Positions 25,501-33,579 of a stretch of 48,884 nucleotides of DNA are shown one piece after another. The notes beneath the pieces were generated by a model. It was given only the letters and a program-made list of their open reading frames with translations, was not told where the DNA came from and ran no database searches. Location: NCBI GenBank assembly GCA_963977445.1, contig CAXBPH010000009.1:1-48884 (forward strand), in the 5' to 3' direction. The number at the start of each line of letters is the position of its first letter. Position 1 is the first letter of the stretch. The position numbers and the translations under genes are program-made. This stretch comes from an uncultured bacterium (lineage in GTDB: Bacteria; Hydrogenedentota; Hydrogenedentia; Hydrogenedentales; JAEUWI01).

Positions 25501-27998
25501 TAGGCGACCGGGTTCGTCGAGGTAGCGGTAGGCGTGGGGGTTCCTATAGAGACCGTGGGCGGGGTGGTGTCAAACGTAACGGTGCCATCGGATACCTTGT
25601 TGACGGAGACACCGGTATTGGGATTGGGACTGCTGGCAAGATCCTGGAAGGTGCTGACCCCTGCCTGGGGGATGATGGTGCCATCGCCGGGAACGTTGGT
25701 GATGGTCAGGACAAAGGTCTTGTTGTCCATGGACGGATTGGTCAAGGTATAGGTGGGTTCACCGGCCGTGCCCGTGTTAATAAAATCCAAGGAGTCTAGG
25801 CCGGTAATTTTCTCATCGGCCGAGACATCAAAAATGATGGGCGTGGAATTCGTCGGGTCGGCCTGACTGCCGTTGACGTCTACAAATAGTGTCGGTGGTA
25901 CAGATAATGTACCGCCTACGGGGCTGAAACGGGAGGTGTTGCCACTTACGGTTTCGGTCCAGTGGGCTTTGATTTGATAGCCGTCCAAGGCAGCAATATC
26001 TACGGGGACCATGAGGGTGCCCGTTGCCGTACTGGTTGCCTCCCCCACAAATATCTCAGCATCAGTGCCAAGGCCCGCATAGACTTGTACCAGATAGCCC
26101 GCGCCAGGTACATCGCTTAAGGAGACCATGTGGGGATAGCCGATAAGTGTGGTCGGCGGTGCCGGAGTCGCAATACCCCCATTCTCCGAGCCGAAATTAA
26201 AGCCGATAGGCGCGCTGGTGTTTCCGAATATGGAATTGTAGGTAATGGTTGTTTTGACCACGTTGCTGGTTTGACGGCTCAAGAAGACACCGAAAATTCC
26301 ATTATTCGAAATGACATTGGCGCCATTGAGGCTGCCGCCAATAATGTTTCCGGTTGCGTCGGCCCCGGGTGACGTGAGAAGAATGCCGTTGCCCCCGTTG
26401 CCCAATGGCGTCGTGCCATCGGCCTGGGTGCCGATTAAATTGCCTTCAACGATGTTGCCGTTGCTGGAAGAGATTTTGATACCAGAAGTGTCGTTGCCGG
26501 AAATCAGGTTGCCCCCGGTACCGGAGGCGTCACCGATCCGGGTGTTGTACGCGCCGAATTCGATGAGGATACCAACCGCAGAATCGATCGGATATTTTGT
26601 GTCACCAGCGCTGTTGGTGCCTATGTAGTTGTTCAAAATGCTCGTGTTTTTTTGCGTCGATCCGGTGAGATAGATATTGGCCGAATTGTGTGCCGCCACG
26701 ACATTGCGCCCGTTGACGGCATCGGAGCCAATAACGGTATTGTTAATCGAGTCCGGATCAGCAGAACCAGCGGAGATATAGATGCCGTATTGTCCGTTAC
26801 CAAAGCCGGTGGTCCCGTCGGCACCTAAACCGATAATGTTGCCAACGATCTTGCTATTGAGCGCCATTTCCCCCGTACCGATGGTTTGGATCTTGATACC
26901 TTGTCCATTGTTACCCGCAATGACTTGCTTTCTAATCGTCCCCTCAGTACCGATGACGGTCCCGGAGGCGGCATTGATCATAATGCCATTACCCATGTTG
27001 GGAATGCTGATGGTGCCGTCTTTGTTCAGGCCGATGTAGTTGCCATGAATTGCATTGTTGTCCGCAACACCAGTCGGAGCACTGGCTTGTATCTTGATTC
27101 CATCACCCGTCGCGGATAATCCATTACCTGAAATAACCTGAATTTCACTCGTCGACGGGCTGCCGATCATGTTGTTGGAGGCATTGCTGATAGATACGCC
27201 GCCACCAAAATTGGAAATGGCGGTTGTGCCTGAGCTGTCTACGCCGATGTAATTGCCGAAGACGTTGTTATTCTGGGCCGTGCCCGTGCCCGCGTCGGCT
27301 TCAATGATAATGCCGGCACCCGTATTACCGGAGATCACATTTTTTTCGCTGCCGCCCGTTGCTCCGACAGTATTCCCGGAGGAATTGTAGATGCGGATAC
27401 CTGCGCCGGAATTGCCCATGGCCGTAGCGCCATCGGTGCCGATAAAACAGCGACGAATCGTATGACCACTACTTGTGGGGCCCGTGATTCGGATGCCATC
27501 GTCCGTACCGTTGATAAGCGTGCAATCCAGGATCTGATAGTTGGTGGCTGTTCCGGAGAGCGCGATTCCGTAGGTTCCCGATTGGATAATCGTAATTCCC
27601 TGAATGACGCCGCCCATGCCCCCCTGGATATCAATCCCTGCATTGGTGGGATTGTCGCTGGAATAACTGATAATAACACTACCGCCACCATCAATGTTGA
27701 TGGTCGTCGTGATCACAGGCATATTATTGCCTGGTGAAAGGGTACCAATCGCCACATCGAAATCGATACTGCCACCACCGGAATTGTTGGCTGCGACTAT
27801 TGCTTCGTCCAAGCCAATACCGTTGGTGCCGGGAGTCATCTGGAGCGCCGTGAGGCTCGTGGTGTCACCACCATCGGGCGTGCCATTGACGACGTCAAAT
27901 GCCGTCGTATTCACCGTAATTGCCGCGCTATTCATCGCCAGGAGTAATCCTGACGCGATTGCAGCTTTTTTTGTCCAATTCCAGACACGTGACGTCAT
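22548..27998 (-). CDS. Giant secreted adhesin-like protein, N-terminal part (right-handed beta-helix repeats, then about 11 Ig-like repeats); probably frameshifted from 21221-22558
   Basis: Signal peptide, repeated NxIG...NVISGN beta-helix units, six ~104-aa DNTxPT..IGxPS repeats and three T..D.TPTLTG repeats. Confidence 0.85.
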   Translation of the reverse strand: MTSRVWNWTKKAAIASGLLLAMNSAAITVNTTAFDVVNGTPDGGDTTSLTALQMTPGTNGIGLDEAIVAANNSGGGSIDFDVAIGTLSPGNNMPVITTTINIDGGGSVIISYSSDNPTNAGIDIQGGMGGVIQGITIIQSGTYGIALSGTATNYQILDCTLINGTDDGIRITGPTSSGHTIRRCFIGTDGATAMGNSGAGIRIYNSSGNTVGATGGSEKNVISGNTGAGIIIEADAGTGTAQNNNVFGNYIGVDSSGTTAISNFGGGVSISNASNNMIGSPSTSEIQVISGNGLSATGDGIKIQASAPTGVADNNAIHGNYIGLNKDGTISIPNMGNGIMINAASGTVIGTEGTIRKQVIAGNNGQGIKIQTIGTGEMALNSKIVGNIIGLGADGTTGFGNGQYGIYISAGSADPDSINNTVIGSDAVNGRNVVAAHNSANIYLTGSTQKNTSILNNYIGTNSAGDTKYPIDSAVGILIEFGAYNTRIGDASGTGGNLISGNDTSGIKISSSNGNIVEGNLIGTQADGTTPLGNGGNGILLTSPGADATGNIIGGSLNGANVISNNGIFGVFLSRQTSNVVKTTITYNSIFGNTSAPIGFNFGSENGGIATPAPPTTLIGYPHMVSLSDVPGAGYLVQVYAGLGTDAEIFVGEATSTATGTLMVPVDIAALDGYQIKAHWTETVSGNTSRFSPVGGTLSVPPTLFVDVNGSQADPTNSTPIIFDVSADEKITGLDSLDFINTGTAGEPTYTLTNPSMDNKTFVLTITNVPGDGTIIPQAGVSTFQDLASSPNPNTGVSVNKVSDGTVTFDTTPPTVSIGTPTPTATSTNPVAYTVTYTGASSINLTNGDITLNTTGTATASLSVANGTTSTPTVSLSGISGDGTLGITIGAGTAADAAGNSAAGAGPSTTVLVDNTGPVMSIGAPSPTATQSGPVDFPVMYSGANTVNLTTGDVTLNTTGTASGTISVTNGTTSTPTVTISSITGEGTVGISITPETAFDNVGNIANGDGPSATATVDNTPPTITVGSPSQTVTNTGPVTYSPVYSGASTINLTTGDVSLNTTGTATGTVNVTNGTTATPTITISGISGDGTIGINIAAGTAVDAAGNSAGAEGPSITFTVDNAAPTLTIGSPSKSSTGTGPVSYLVTYSGADTINLLPGDITLNKTGNAVGTVSVVDGTTATPTVTISAITGDGTIGFSIAAATASDNAGNNALAAGPGITFVVDNTAPTLAIGTPSASLTTTGPVSFPVTYTGASDIDLMDTNVTLNSTGTATGTITVINGTTATPTVTVSGIAGDGTLGISIDADTAIDGVGNSAPGAGPSAVVTVDNTAPTILIGSPSVPIVAGGPVTFDLIYSGASTVNLTAGDLTLNSTESATGTLSVFGGNTTTPTVTIGTISGDGSLGISIAAGTANDGLGNVAGAAGPSSSVTVDNTAPVVTVDTKTTGDATPTLTGTTNDASLVTITITVDNVTYLAVVTGNTWTADVSTALADGTYDVVVTGTDSAGNEGFDDTTNELVIDTRLPSATINNIVTSDTTPTLTGTVTSESTVTSVVISVVGADYTATVVGGSWSADVTSALSQGSYDVTITSTNSLNLMATENFPGALVVDLSTPTITVDSLVTSNTTPTLSGTLSDGTSLTVSVAVGSQTVTATVSGNSWTATVPAPLADGVYDVMATATTLANNMGTDSTTDELTIDSTPPTIGFSSDESSPTVNSPISVSILISEPVTNLVPAQVTLTNATLFSYTQVNATRYDAVITPAAPGVVRVEIGTNAIFDQAENGNTENAIFTITYMPEDEVNIDECLALCELPDGR

Positions 27999-28578
27999 GA
28001 TAATTATTCCTCTTTTCCCTGCTCGTTCATCCGAGAAGGTATTGCATAACCAATAAGGCTATTTATCGGCCTGGTCCCGAGCGACTTTATCCGAATTACC
28101 CTGGGCGGGCAAGTCGAAGGACGCCTTCAATCCGGAACCTCAAGCGATAGTGTCGGTACAACACGTCGACACTCCGCCAACGATATATCACCCGGCCGGG
28201 CTGCCCCGTGCGCAACGTGCGTCTTCAGGCCCACAAGTACTCCACCCAAGTAAAGCATTTACCTCTGTAATGATAACATATGGATGGGGAGTCTGCATGG
28301 GGGGCATGGGCCAGGCACCTGTTTTTACGGGTCGGGAAGCTCCCTGTTATCAAGGGTGCGGGCATCGAACGGCCGATATTCCTCACCAATTGCGGAAATT
28401 GCGTGGTCGGTGATTTGAGCAAAACAGGTGCAGTAGTGGTGTTATCAAAATGTAAAAAGTGAAATATGCGGGAATTGCGGCACAAATAGTCACGGATTTG
28501 CCTCTTGCTGTTGCATTTTTGACAAACATTTGCGTATGCTCCCCATCAATTCCATGAAACCTTCAAAAGGAATTTCCA

Positions 28579-29583
28579 ATGGCCTGTGAAGCCACCGCCT
28601 ATGCCCGCGCCGGCCTGATCGGCAATCCATCCGACGGCTACTATGGCAAGACGATCAGCGTTGTCCTTCGGGAATTCGCGGCGAAAGTCAGTCTCTACGA
28701 AAGTCGGGAGATTGAGATTGTGCCCAGTCTTCAGGATCGCTCCATCTATAAGTCACCCAACGAACTCTATGAAGATGTGAAGAACAACGGATACTACGGT
28801 GGCATACGGCTCATGAAAGCCACGATATGCCGCTTTATCGAGTATTGTAAAGAGCAATCAATTTCCCTGGAAGAGAAAAACTTTTCCATACGCTATCGCT
28901 CGACCATACCCCGTCGCCTCGGGTTGGCCGGATCAAGCGCGTTAATTACGGCCACGCTCCGCTGTTTGATGGAATACTACGACGTAGATATCGATCCGAG
29001 GTTTCAGCCCAATCTTATATTGAGTGTTGAAGCGGAGAAGTTGGGAATTGCCGCAGGATTGCAGGATCGGGTAATCCAGGTATACGAAGGCTGCGTGTTC
29101 ATGGATTTTGACCGGGAACATATGGAGACCGAGGGCTTTGGCCGCTACGAGTCCCTGGATCCGGCCTTGTTGCCCCCTTTATTTATCGCCTATCGACAGG
29201 ATCTCAGCGAAGGGTCGGAAACCTTCCATAATAATATTAAAGCGCGCTGGGCCGCTGGCGATGCCGAGGTGGTGCAGGCGATGAAAGATTTTGGGTCCTA
29301 TGCGCAAGACGCGCGGGATTTAATCGTCGCGGGCCGTGGCCGCGAAATCGGGCCGCTGCTGGATCAGAATTTTGACCGGCGCAAGACGCTGTATACGCTG
29401 GATCCCCGTAACATCGACATGGTGGATAGAGCACGCTCCGTTGGGGCTCACGCAAAGTTTTCCGGCTCAGGCGGGGCGATTGTGGGGGTATACGACGATG
29501 AATCCACCTATGAAGCGTTGGTGGAGACCATGACGGAAGGTAATATTGCCGTCTTCAAACCCACTATACTTGCTTCCGAATAA
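28579..29583 (+). CDS. GHMP kinase, glucuronokinase-like
   Basis: YARAGLIGNPSDGYYGKTIS, IPRRLGLAGSSA (GHMP ATP loop), AGLQDRVIQVYEG and KFSGSGGA. Confidence 0.85.
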   Translation: MACEATAYARAGLIGNPSDGYYGKTISVVLREFAAKVSLYESREIEIVPSLQDRSIYKSPNELYEDVKNNGYYGGIRLMKATICRFIEYCKEQSISLEEKNFSIRYRSTIPRRLGLAGSSALITATLRCLMEYYDVDIDPRFQPNLILSVEAEKLGIAAGLQDRVIQVYEGCVFMDFDREHMETEGFGRYESLDPALLPPLFIAYRQDLSEGSETFHNNIKARWAAGDAEVVQAMKDFGSYAQDARDLIVAGRGREIGPLLDQNFDRRKTLYTLDPRNIDMVDRARSVGAHAKFSGSGGAIVGVYDDESTYEALVETMTEGNIAVFKPTILASE

Positions 29584-29611
29584 ACCGGTTTAACCATCAC
29601 GAGGTAAAGAT

Positions 29612-30310
29612 ATGGGCACGCTCTACGTTATCGCCACTCCGATTGGAAACCTGGAGGATATGACCCTCCGGGCTATTCGGTTGTTGAAAGAAGTGGATGC
29701 CCTGGTGTGTGAAGATACACGGATGACCCGCCGCGTTCTCGACCGCTATGAAATCGACCGCCCACGGACCATGTTCAGCTACCACGAACACAACGAGGAC
29801 CGGGCAGGTAATCGAATACTCGGCCTGCTCAACGAGGGCTGTGCGGTTGCTCTGTGCTCCGACGGCGGATGTCCCGGGGTGAGTGATCCGGGCTATCGAA
29901 TCATTCGCGACAGTATTGATGGTGGCCATGAGGTGGATGTAATTCCCGGTGCCACGGCCGTGACGACCGCGCTACTGGCCTCCGGTCTTTCTACGGCTAG
30001 TTTTACCTTCAAGGGATTTCCGCCGCGGAAGTCGGGCCAGCGTCAGCGTTTTCTCGCGGACGATCTCGACTCGCCCCACACACAGATTATTTACGAATCT
30101 CCCTTTCGCATCGGGAAATTGCTTGCGGACGCGTTCGAAGTTTTCGGTGATCGCCAGGCCGCCGTCTGCATTGAGCTAACGAAAAAGTTTCAAAAGGTAG
30201 AGCGGGGATTTCTGGGCGATCTGGCCAGGGATTTCGCCGACCGGAAGGTCAAGGGCGAGATTTGTCTGGTCATTGCAGGCAACAACGTGAAGTTTCGGAG
30301 AGAGGAATAA
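29612..30310 (+). CDS. rsmI: 16S rRNA (cytidine1402-2'-O)-methyltransferase
   Basis: LYVIATPIGNLEDMTLRA, CEDTR, SDGGCPGVSDPG, YESPFR, ELTKKFQ and KGEI. Confidence 0.96.
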   Translation: MGTLYVIATPIGNLEDMTLRAIRLLKEVDALVCEDTRMTRRVLDRYEIDRPRTMFSYHEHNEDRAGNRILGLLNEGCAVALCSDGGCPGVSDPGYRIIRDSIDGGHEVDVIPGATAVTTALLASGLSTASFTFKGFPPRKSGQRQRFLADDLDSPHTQIIYESPFRIGKLLADAFEVFGDRQAAVCIELTKKFQKVERGFLGDLARDFADRKVKGEICLVIAGNNVKFRREE

Positions 30311-30613
30311 GGGGTATAAGGGGAATGCACTTTAACTGGGTTGAAGTCATCGGGGGTGATGTAGTAAACTGGACCAGTTCTCAGGTCTTGAGAGTTAAGT
30401 TCGGGATTCACCCGGCAGGCGCAGCGTTCAATTATCGCGCCATTACACTGTGGTAACGCCGTGTGAAATTGTATCCATTTGAATGCGGCGCACCGTCATA
30501 TGGCGCGCTTTTGGGGGTTGTCCGTTTTGCCCGGCCGATAGACGGCCTTACTTGCTTGACGGCGGAATCTCCTCCGCTGTCGGTTCAATTAGCCACGAAC
30601 AGGAGTATTTTCA

Positions 30614-31027
30614 ATGGCTAAGAATGACGTAAATTTCAGTATAAACCTTGACAGCCCGATTGCCGTATACGTACAAATTGAGAACCTTGTGCAATTCGCC
30701 ATTGCCTCCGGCAAACTGGCACCCGGTGACACCCTGCCTTCCGTTCGTGACATGTCTGGCATGTTGGAAATCAACCCGAATACGGTTACCAAGGCGTACC
30801 GCGATTTGGAATTGATGCGATTGGTTCACACCCGTCGTGGTGTTGGCGTTACCGTATCCGAAGCCGCTCCTGGCCTTTGCACCGACACGGCGCATACCAT
30901 GGTTCAGGCGCACCTTCGTGATGCCGTGGCCGAATGTATCGCCAGCGGCATATCTGCTACCGACGTGCGGAAGTACGTGAAGCTCGCGATTGATACCAAT
31001 GCCCAGCCCTATGAAGTGCTGAGCTGA
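30614..31027 (+). CDS. GntR family transcriptional regulator (YtrA subfamily)
   Basis: VYVQI...IASGKLAPGDTLPSVR...INPNTVTKAYRDLE...RRGVG with a short C-terminal domain. Confidence 0.92.
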   Translation: MAKNDVNFSINLDSPIAVYVQIENLVQFAIASGKLAPGDTLPSVRDMSGMLEINPNTVTKAYRDLELMRLVHTRRGVGVTVSEAAPGLCTDTAHTMVQAHLRDAVAECIASGISATDVRKYVKLAIDTNAQPYEVLS

Positions 31028-31060
31028 TAATTATATTGGCAATACGGGGGGCGGGTTGAT

Positions 31061-31720
31061 TTACTCCGTTCCGCTTTGCCAACCATCTTTACCCACCAGG
31101 GGTACGAAGATGCAGTTGGTGTGGGCGGTCGGGTGCAACTCGCTCCCCCGTTTTACAATATGAATCAAGGTCTGTTTGCGCCGCTCCCCTACGGGACAGA
31201 CCAATCGCCCCCCCTCGCTCAACTGCTCAGGTAGTTGCGGCGGTACCCGGGGACTTCCGGCGGCAACGATTATGGCGTCATAGGGGGCACCGTCAGGAAA
31301 GCCCCGGCTGCCATCTCCCCAATAACACGTCACGTTCTGTATCCGAAATTGATGAAGACAGGACCGTGCCCGTTCGTGGAGCCATCGGTCCGCCTCTATG
31401 GTTATAACTTCCCGACACAGACCGGCCAGGATGGCAGTGTGATAGCCGGATCCCGTCCCGATTTCCAGGACGCGATCACTCGGGGCCAGGGCCAGCAGGG
31501 CCGTCATGCATGCGACCATATAGGGCTGGGAGATGGTTTGCCCATTGCCGATAGGCAGTGGTCGGTCGTCGTAGGCCTGAGGCTGGTAGTCCAGGGGAAC
31601 GAAACAATGACGGGGTACGGCATCCATGCGGGCAAGTAGCGCTTCGTCCGTAATGTCTCGATCACGCAACTGTCCCGTCACCATGGCGTGTCGCTGGGCC
31701 AGAAATTCATCTTCTCGCAT
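31061..31720 (-). CDS. pcm: Protein-L-isoaspartate(D-aspartate) O-methyltransferase
   Basis: VPRHCFV, AYDDRPLPIGNGQTISQPYMV, VLEIGTGSGY, APYDAIIV and FVPLVG. Confidence 0.96.
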   Translation of the reverse strand: MREDEFLAQRHAMVTGQLRDRDITDEALLARMDAVPRHCFVPLDYQPQAYDDRPLPIGNGQTISQPYMVACMTALLALAPSDRVLEIGTGSGYHTAILAGLCREVITIEADRWLHERARSCLHQFRIQNVTCYWGDGSRGFPDGAPYDAIIVAAGSPRVPPQLPEQLSEGGRLVCPVGERRKQTLIHIVKRGSELHPTAHTNCIFVPLVGKDGWQSGTE

Positions 31721-31787
31721 GGGCTACCTTTGACGCGGTTGTACCCTGCGACCGACGGTGCCGTCGCTTGGACTAGGAGTCTGACTC

Positions 31788-32042
31788 CTAGTAGCCGACC
31801 AGGACCAGACGAACAATATAGACGCTCGCAATCGCAGCGATTGGGGACCAGTCCATGGGGCCCATTGGGGGCAGGATGCGTTTCATGGCTTGGATAAGGG
31901 GATCAGTCGATTTTGGGATGAAAACCCAGACGCCACGAAACTCGAGTTCGAGGCGGCTTTCCAGCCAGCGGAGGAGCAGGGCCATCATGTAAAGGGTGAG
32001 GCTCGAAAACGCTATAGCGGCGAGGATGTGGGTGGCAGGCAT
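31788..32042 (-). CDS. YggT family membrane protein
   Basis: Two TM segments with TDPLIQAMKRILPPMGPMDWSPI. Start placed at MPATHIL, overlapping the thpR end. Confidence 0.8.
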   Translation of the reverse strand: MPATHILAAIAFSSLTLYMMALLLRWLESRLELEFRGVWVFIPKSTDPLIQAMKRILPPMGPMDWSPIAAIASVYIVRLVLVGY

Positions 32043-32614
32043 TTCAGGGGATACTCCTTCAAACAATGATAGACGGCGCCACCGCGCCGTAATTCGCTTC
32101 TCCATAGTGCCACAGCATCCACCCAAAAGTCATCTGATACCGGCGGGTTAGCACTCGCCAGCGCATCATGTAAGCCCTTGTGGGAGGCCCGTCCCCGCCG
32201 CAGTCGAAAGAGTGTGACATGGGAATGGAAGGCGCGCTCCTCCGATTTCAGCCCGATCTCTCTGGCTGCGGATCGAATCAAGGGCACGACGGCTCCCATA
32301 TCTCCCCGGAGGGTTCGGGTGCCCACCCAGACCCCATTGACCCGCTCTGAGGACGGATAGGCTTCGACACGGTCCAAGCCGAGTTGAAGGGCCGACACCT
32401 TCCCCAAGGGCTCCGTCAGGGCCTGGTCCAAGGTACCCAGGTTTTCATGGGTGATGTTGCCCAGGAATTGAAGTGTAATGTGAAAATTCTCCGGGGCGAC
32501 CCAGCTTGCCCGAAGGCCGGTCCGGCGGAAACGGTCCTGGAGTTCCGCCAAGTGGGTCCGAAGTGTCGTCGGCAGGGGGAGCCCGAGAAAAGCCCGAAAC
32601 CGCGCTTCACTCAC
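32012..32614 (-). CDS. thpR: RNA 2',3'-cyclic phosphodiesterase (LigT/2H family)
   Basis: RAFLGL, two HxT motifs (HITLQFLG and HVTL) and SELRRGGAVY. Confidence 0.92.
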   Translation of the reverse strand: MSEARFRAFLGLPLPTTLRTHLAELQDRFRRTGLRASWVAPENFHITLQFLGNITHENLGTLDQALTEPLGKVSALQLGLDRVEAYPSSERVNGVWVGTRTLRGDMGAVVPLIRSAAREIGLKSEERAFHSHVTLFRLRRGRASHKGLHDALASANPPVSDDFWVDAVALWRSELRRGGAVYHCLKEYPLKCLPPTSSPL

Positions 32615-33276
32615 CCGCCCGGTAGCGCCATATTTTCAATGCAGCAGGCCGGAATTCCTATATCGGCCACGACGACCCGCCCGAGATACTTTTGGGCCAC
32701 GGGGCTTTTGAAACCGGTCTTGGCCCATTGAAAGGTGACCGTCGTCTGCGCCTGAACACAGGCACCGCAGGGGGCACCCGAGTCTGCATCTAATCCGGAA
32801 GGCAGATCTACGGCGACCGTCTGTAGGGGGGGCCATCCGTCGATCATGGCGCGAGGCAGACCGCGCACTTCACCACGGATGCCGGTGCCCAGCAGGGAGT
32901 CCACCAGTATGGCGTAGTCGCCCAGTGCTTCCAGCGTATTGTTGACGCCGTCTAAATCCGTTACAACATCGATGGTGCCACCAAGTCGCAGATAGGCGTT
33001 GAGGAAGGTTTGGGCATCCCCCTTTATATCCTCCATCGCCGCGACGAGAAAAACGTGCACCTCCAGGCCGGCGAGCAGAGCCAGCCGTGCAACGACGAAC
33101 CCATCGCCGCCATTGTTGCCTTTTCCACAAATGACCGCCACGGGAGACTGATCGATTTCCCGGAAGACCGCCGTGCCCGCGCTGTTCATGAGCACGGCCC
33201 CAGGTATCCCAATATCCTCAATACAGCGGCGATCCGCCTCGCGCATCGCTGCTGCCGTCACAAATTGCGTTGTCAT
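32611..33276 (-). CDS. nnrE: NAD(P)H-hydrate epimerase (standalone YjeF_N)
   Basis: MREAD...LMNSAG, CGKGNNGGDG, VDSLLGTG, AVDLPSG, TVTF..K and DIGIP. Confidence 0.92.
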   Translation of the reverse strand: MTTQFVTAAAMREADRRCIEDIGIPGAVLMNSAGTAVFREIDQSPVAVICGKGNNGGDGFVVARLALLAGLEVHVFLVAAMEDIKGDAQTFLNAYLRLGGTIDVVTDLDGVNNTLEALGDYAILVDSLLGTGIRGEVRGLPRAMIDGWPPLQTVAVDLPSGLDADSGAPCGACVQAQTTVTFQWAKTGFKSPVAQKYLGRVVVADIGIPACCIENMALPGG

Positions 33277-33579
33277 GAATAAACTCCCCGGTACTTTGCC
33301 CTGTTGTCCACATCCTGACACTTCAGTATAAAAATGTCAAACAGGGCCTTCTTTCGATATATCCGGCTGCTGAATGGTGGGGTATAGCGCTGCGGTTGGG
33401 CATGGTTTGGGCCGTCGATGGTCCTCCCGTTTACGCATTGCGGTTCGGGACTGTAGTTCCACAATGGTCAGCGAAATAAGTAACATTTCTGCGGGGTTTG
33501 TGGTAACGTGAGTAGGTGTTTCGACACGATGACCGGGGTGCACGTTCATCTCGATAAACGGTTACAGAGGCGTTGAGTC

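Noticed and set aside
27999..28578. c-di-GMP riboswitch upstream of the giant adhesin
   Set aside because: I could not find class I or class II consensus elements by eye on either strand.
30614..31027. YtrA-type GntR without its usual ABC transporter as a novel system
   Set aside because: Orphan YtrA-like regulators are not unusual, and no operator palindrome was evident.
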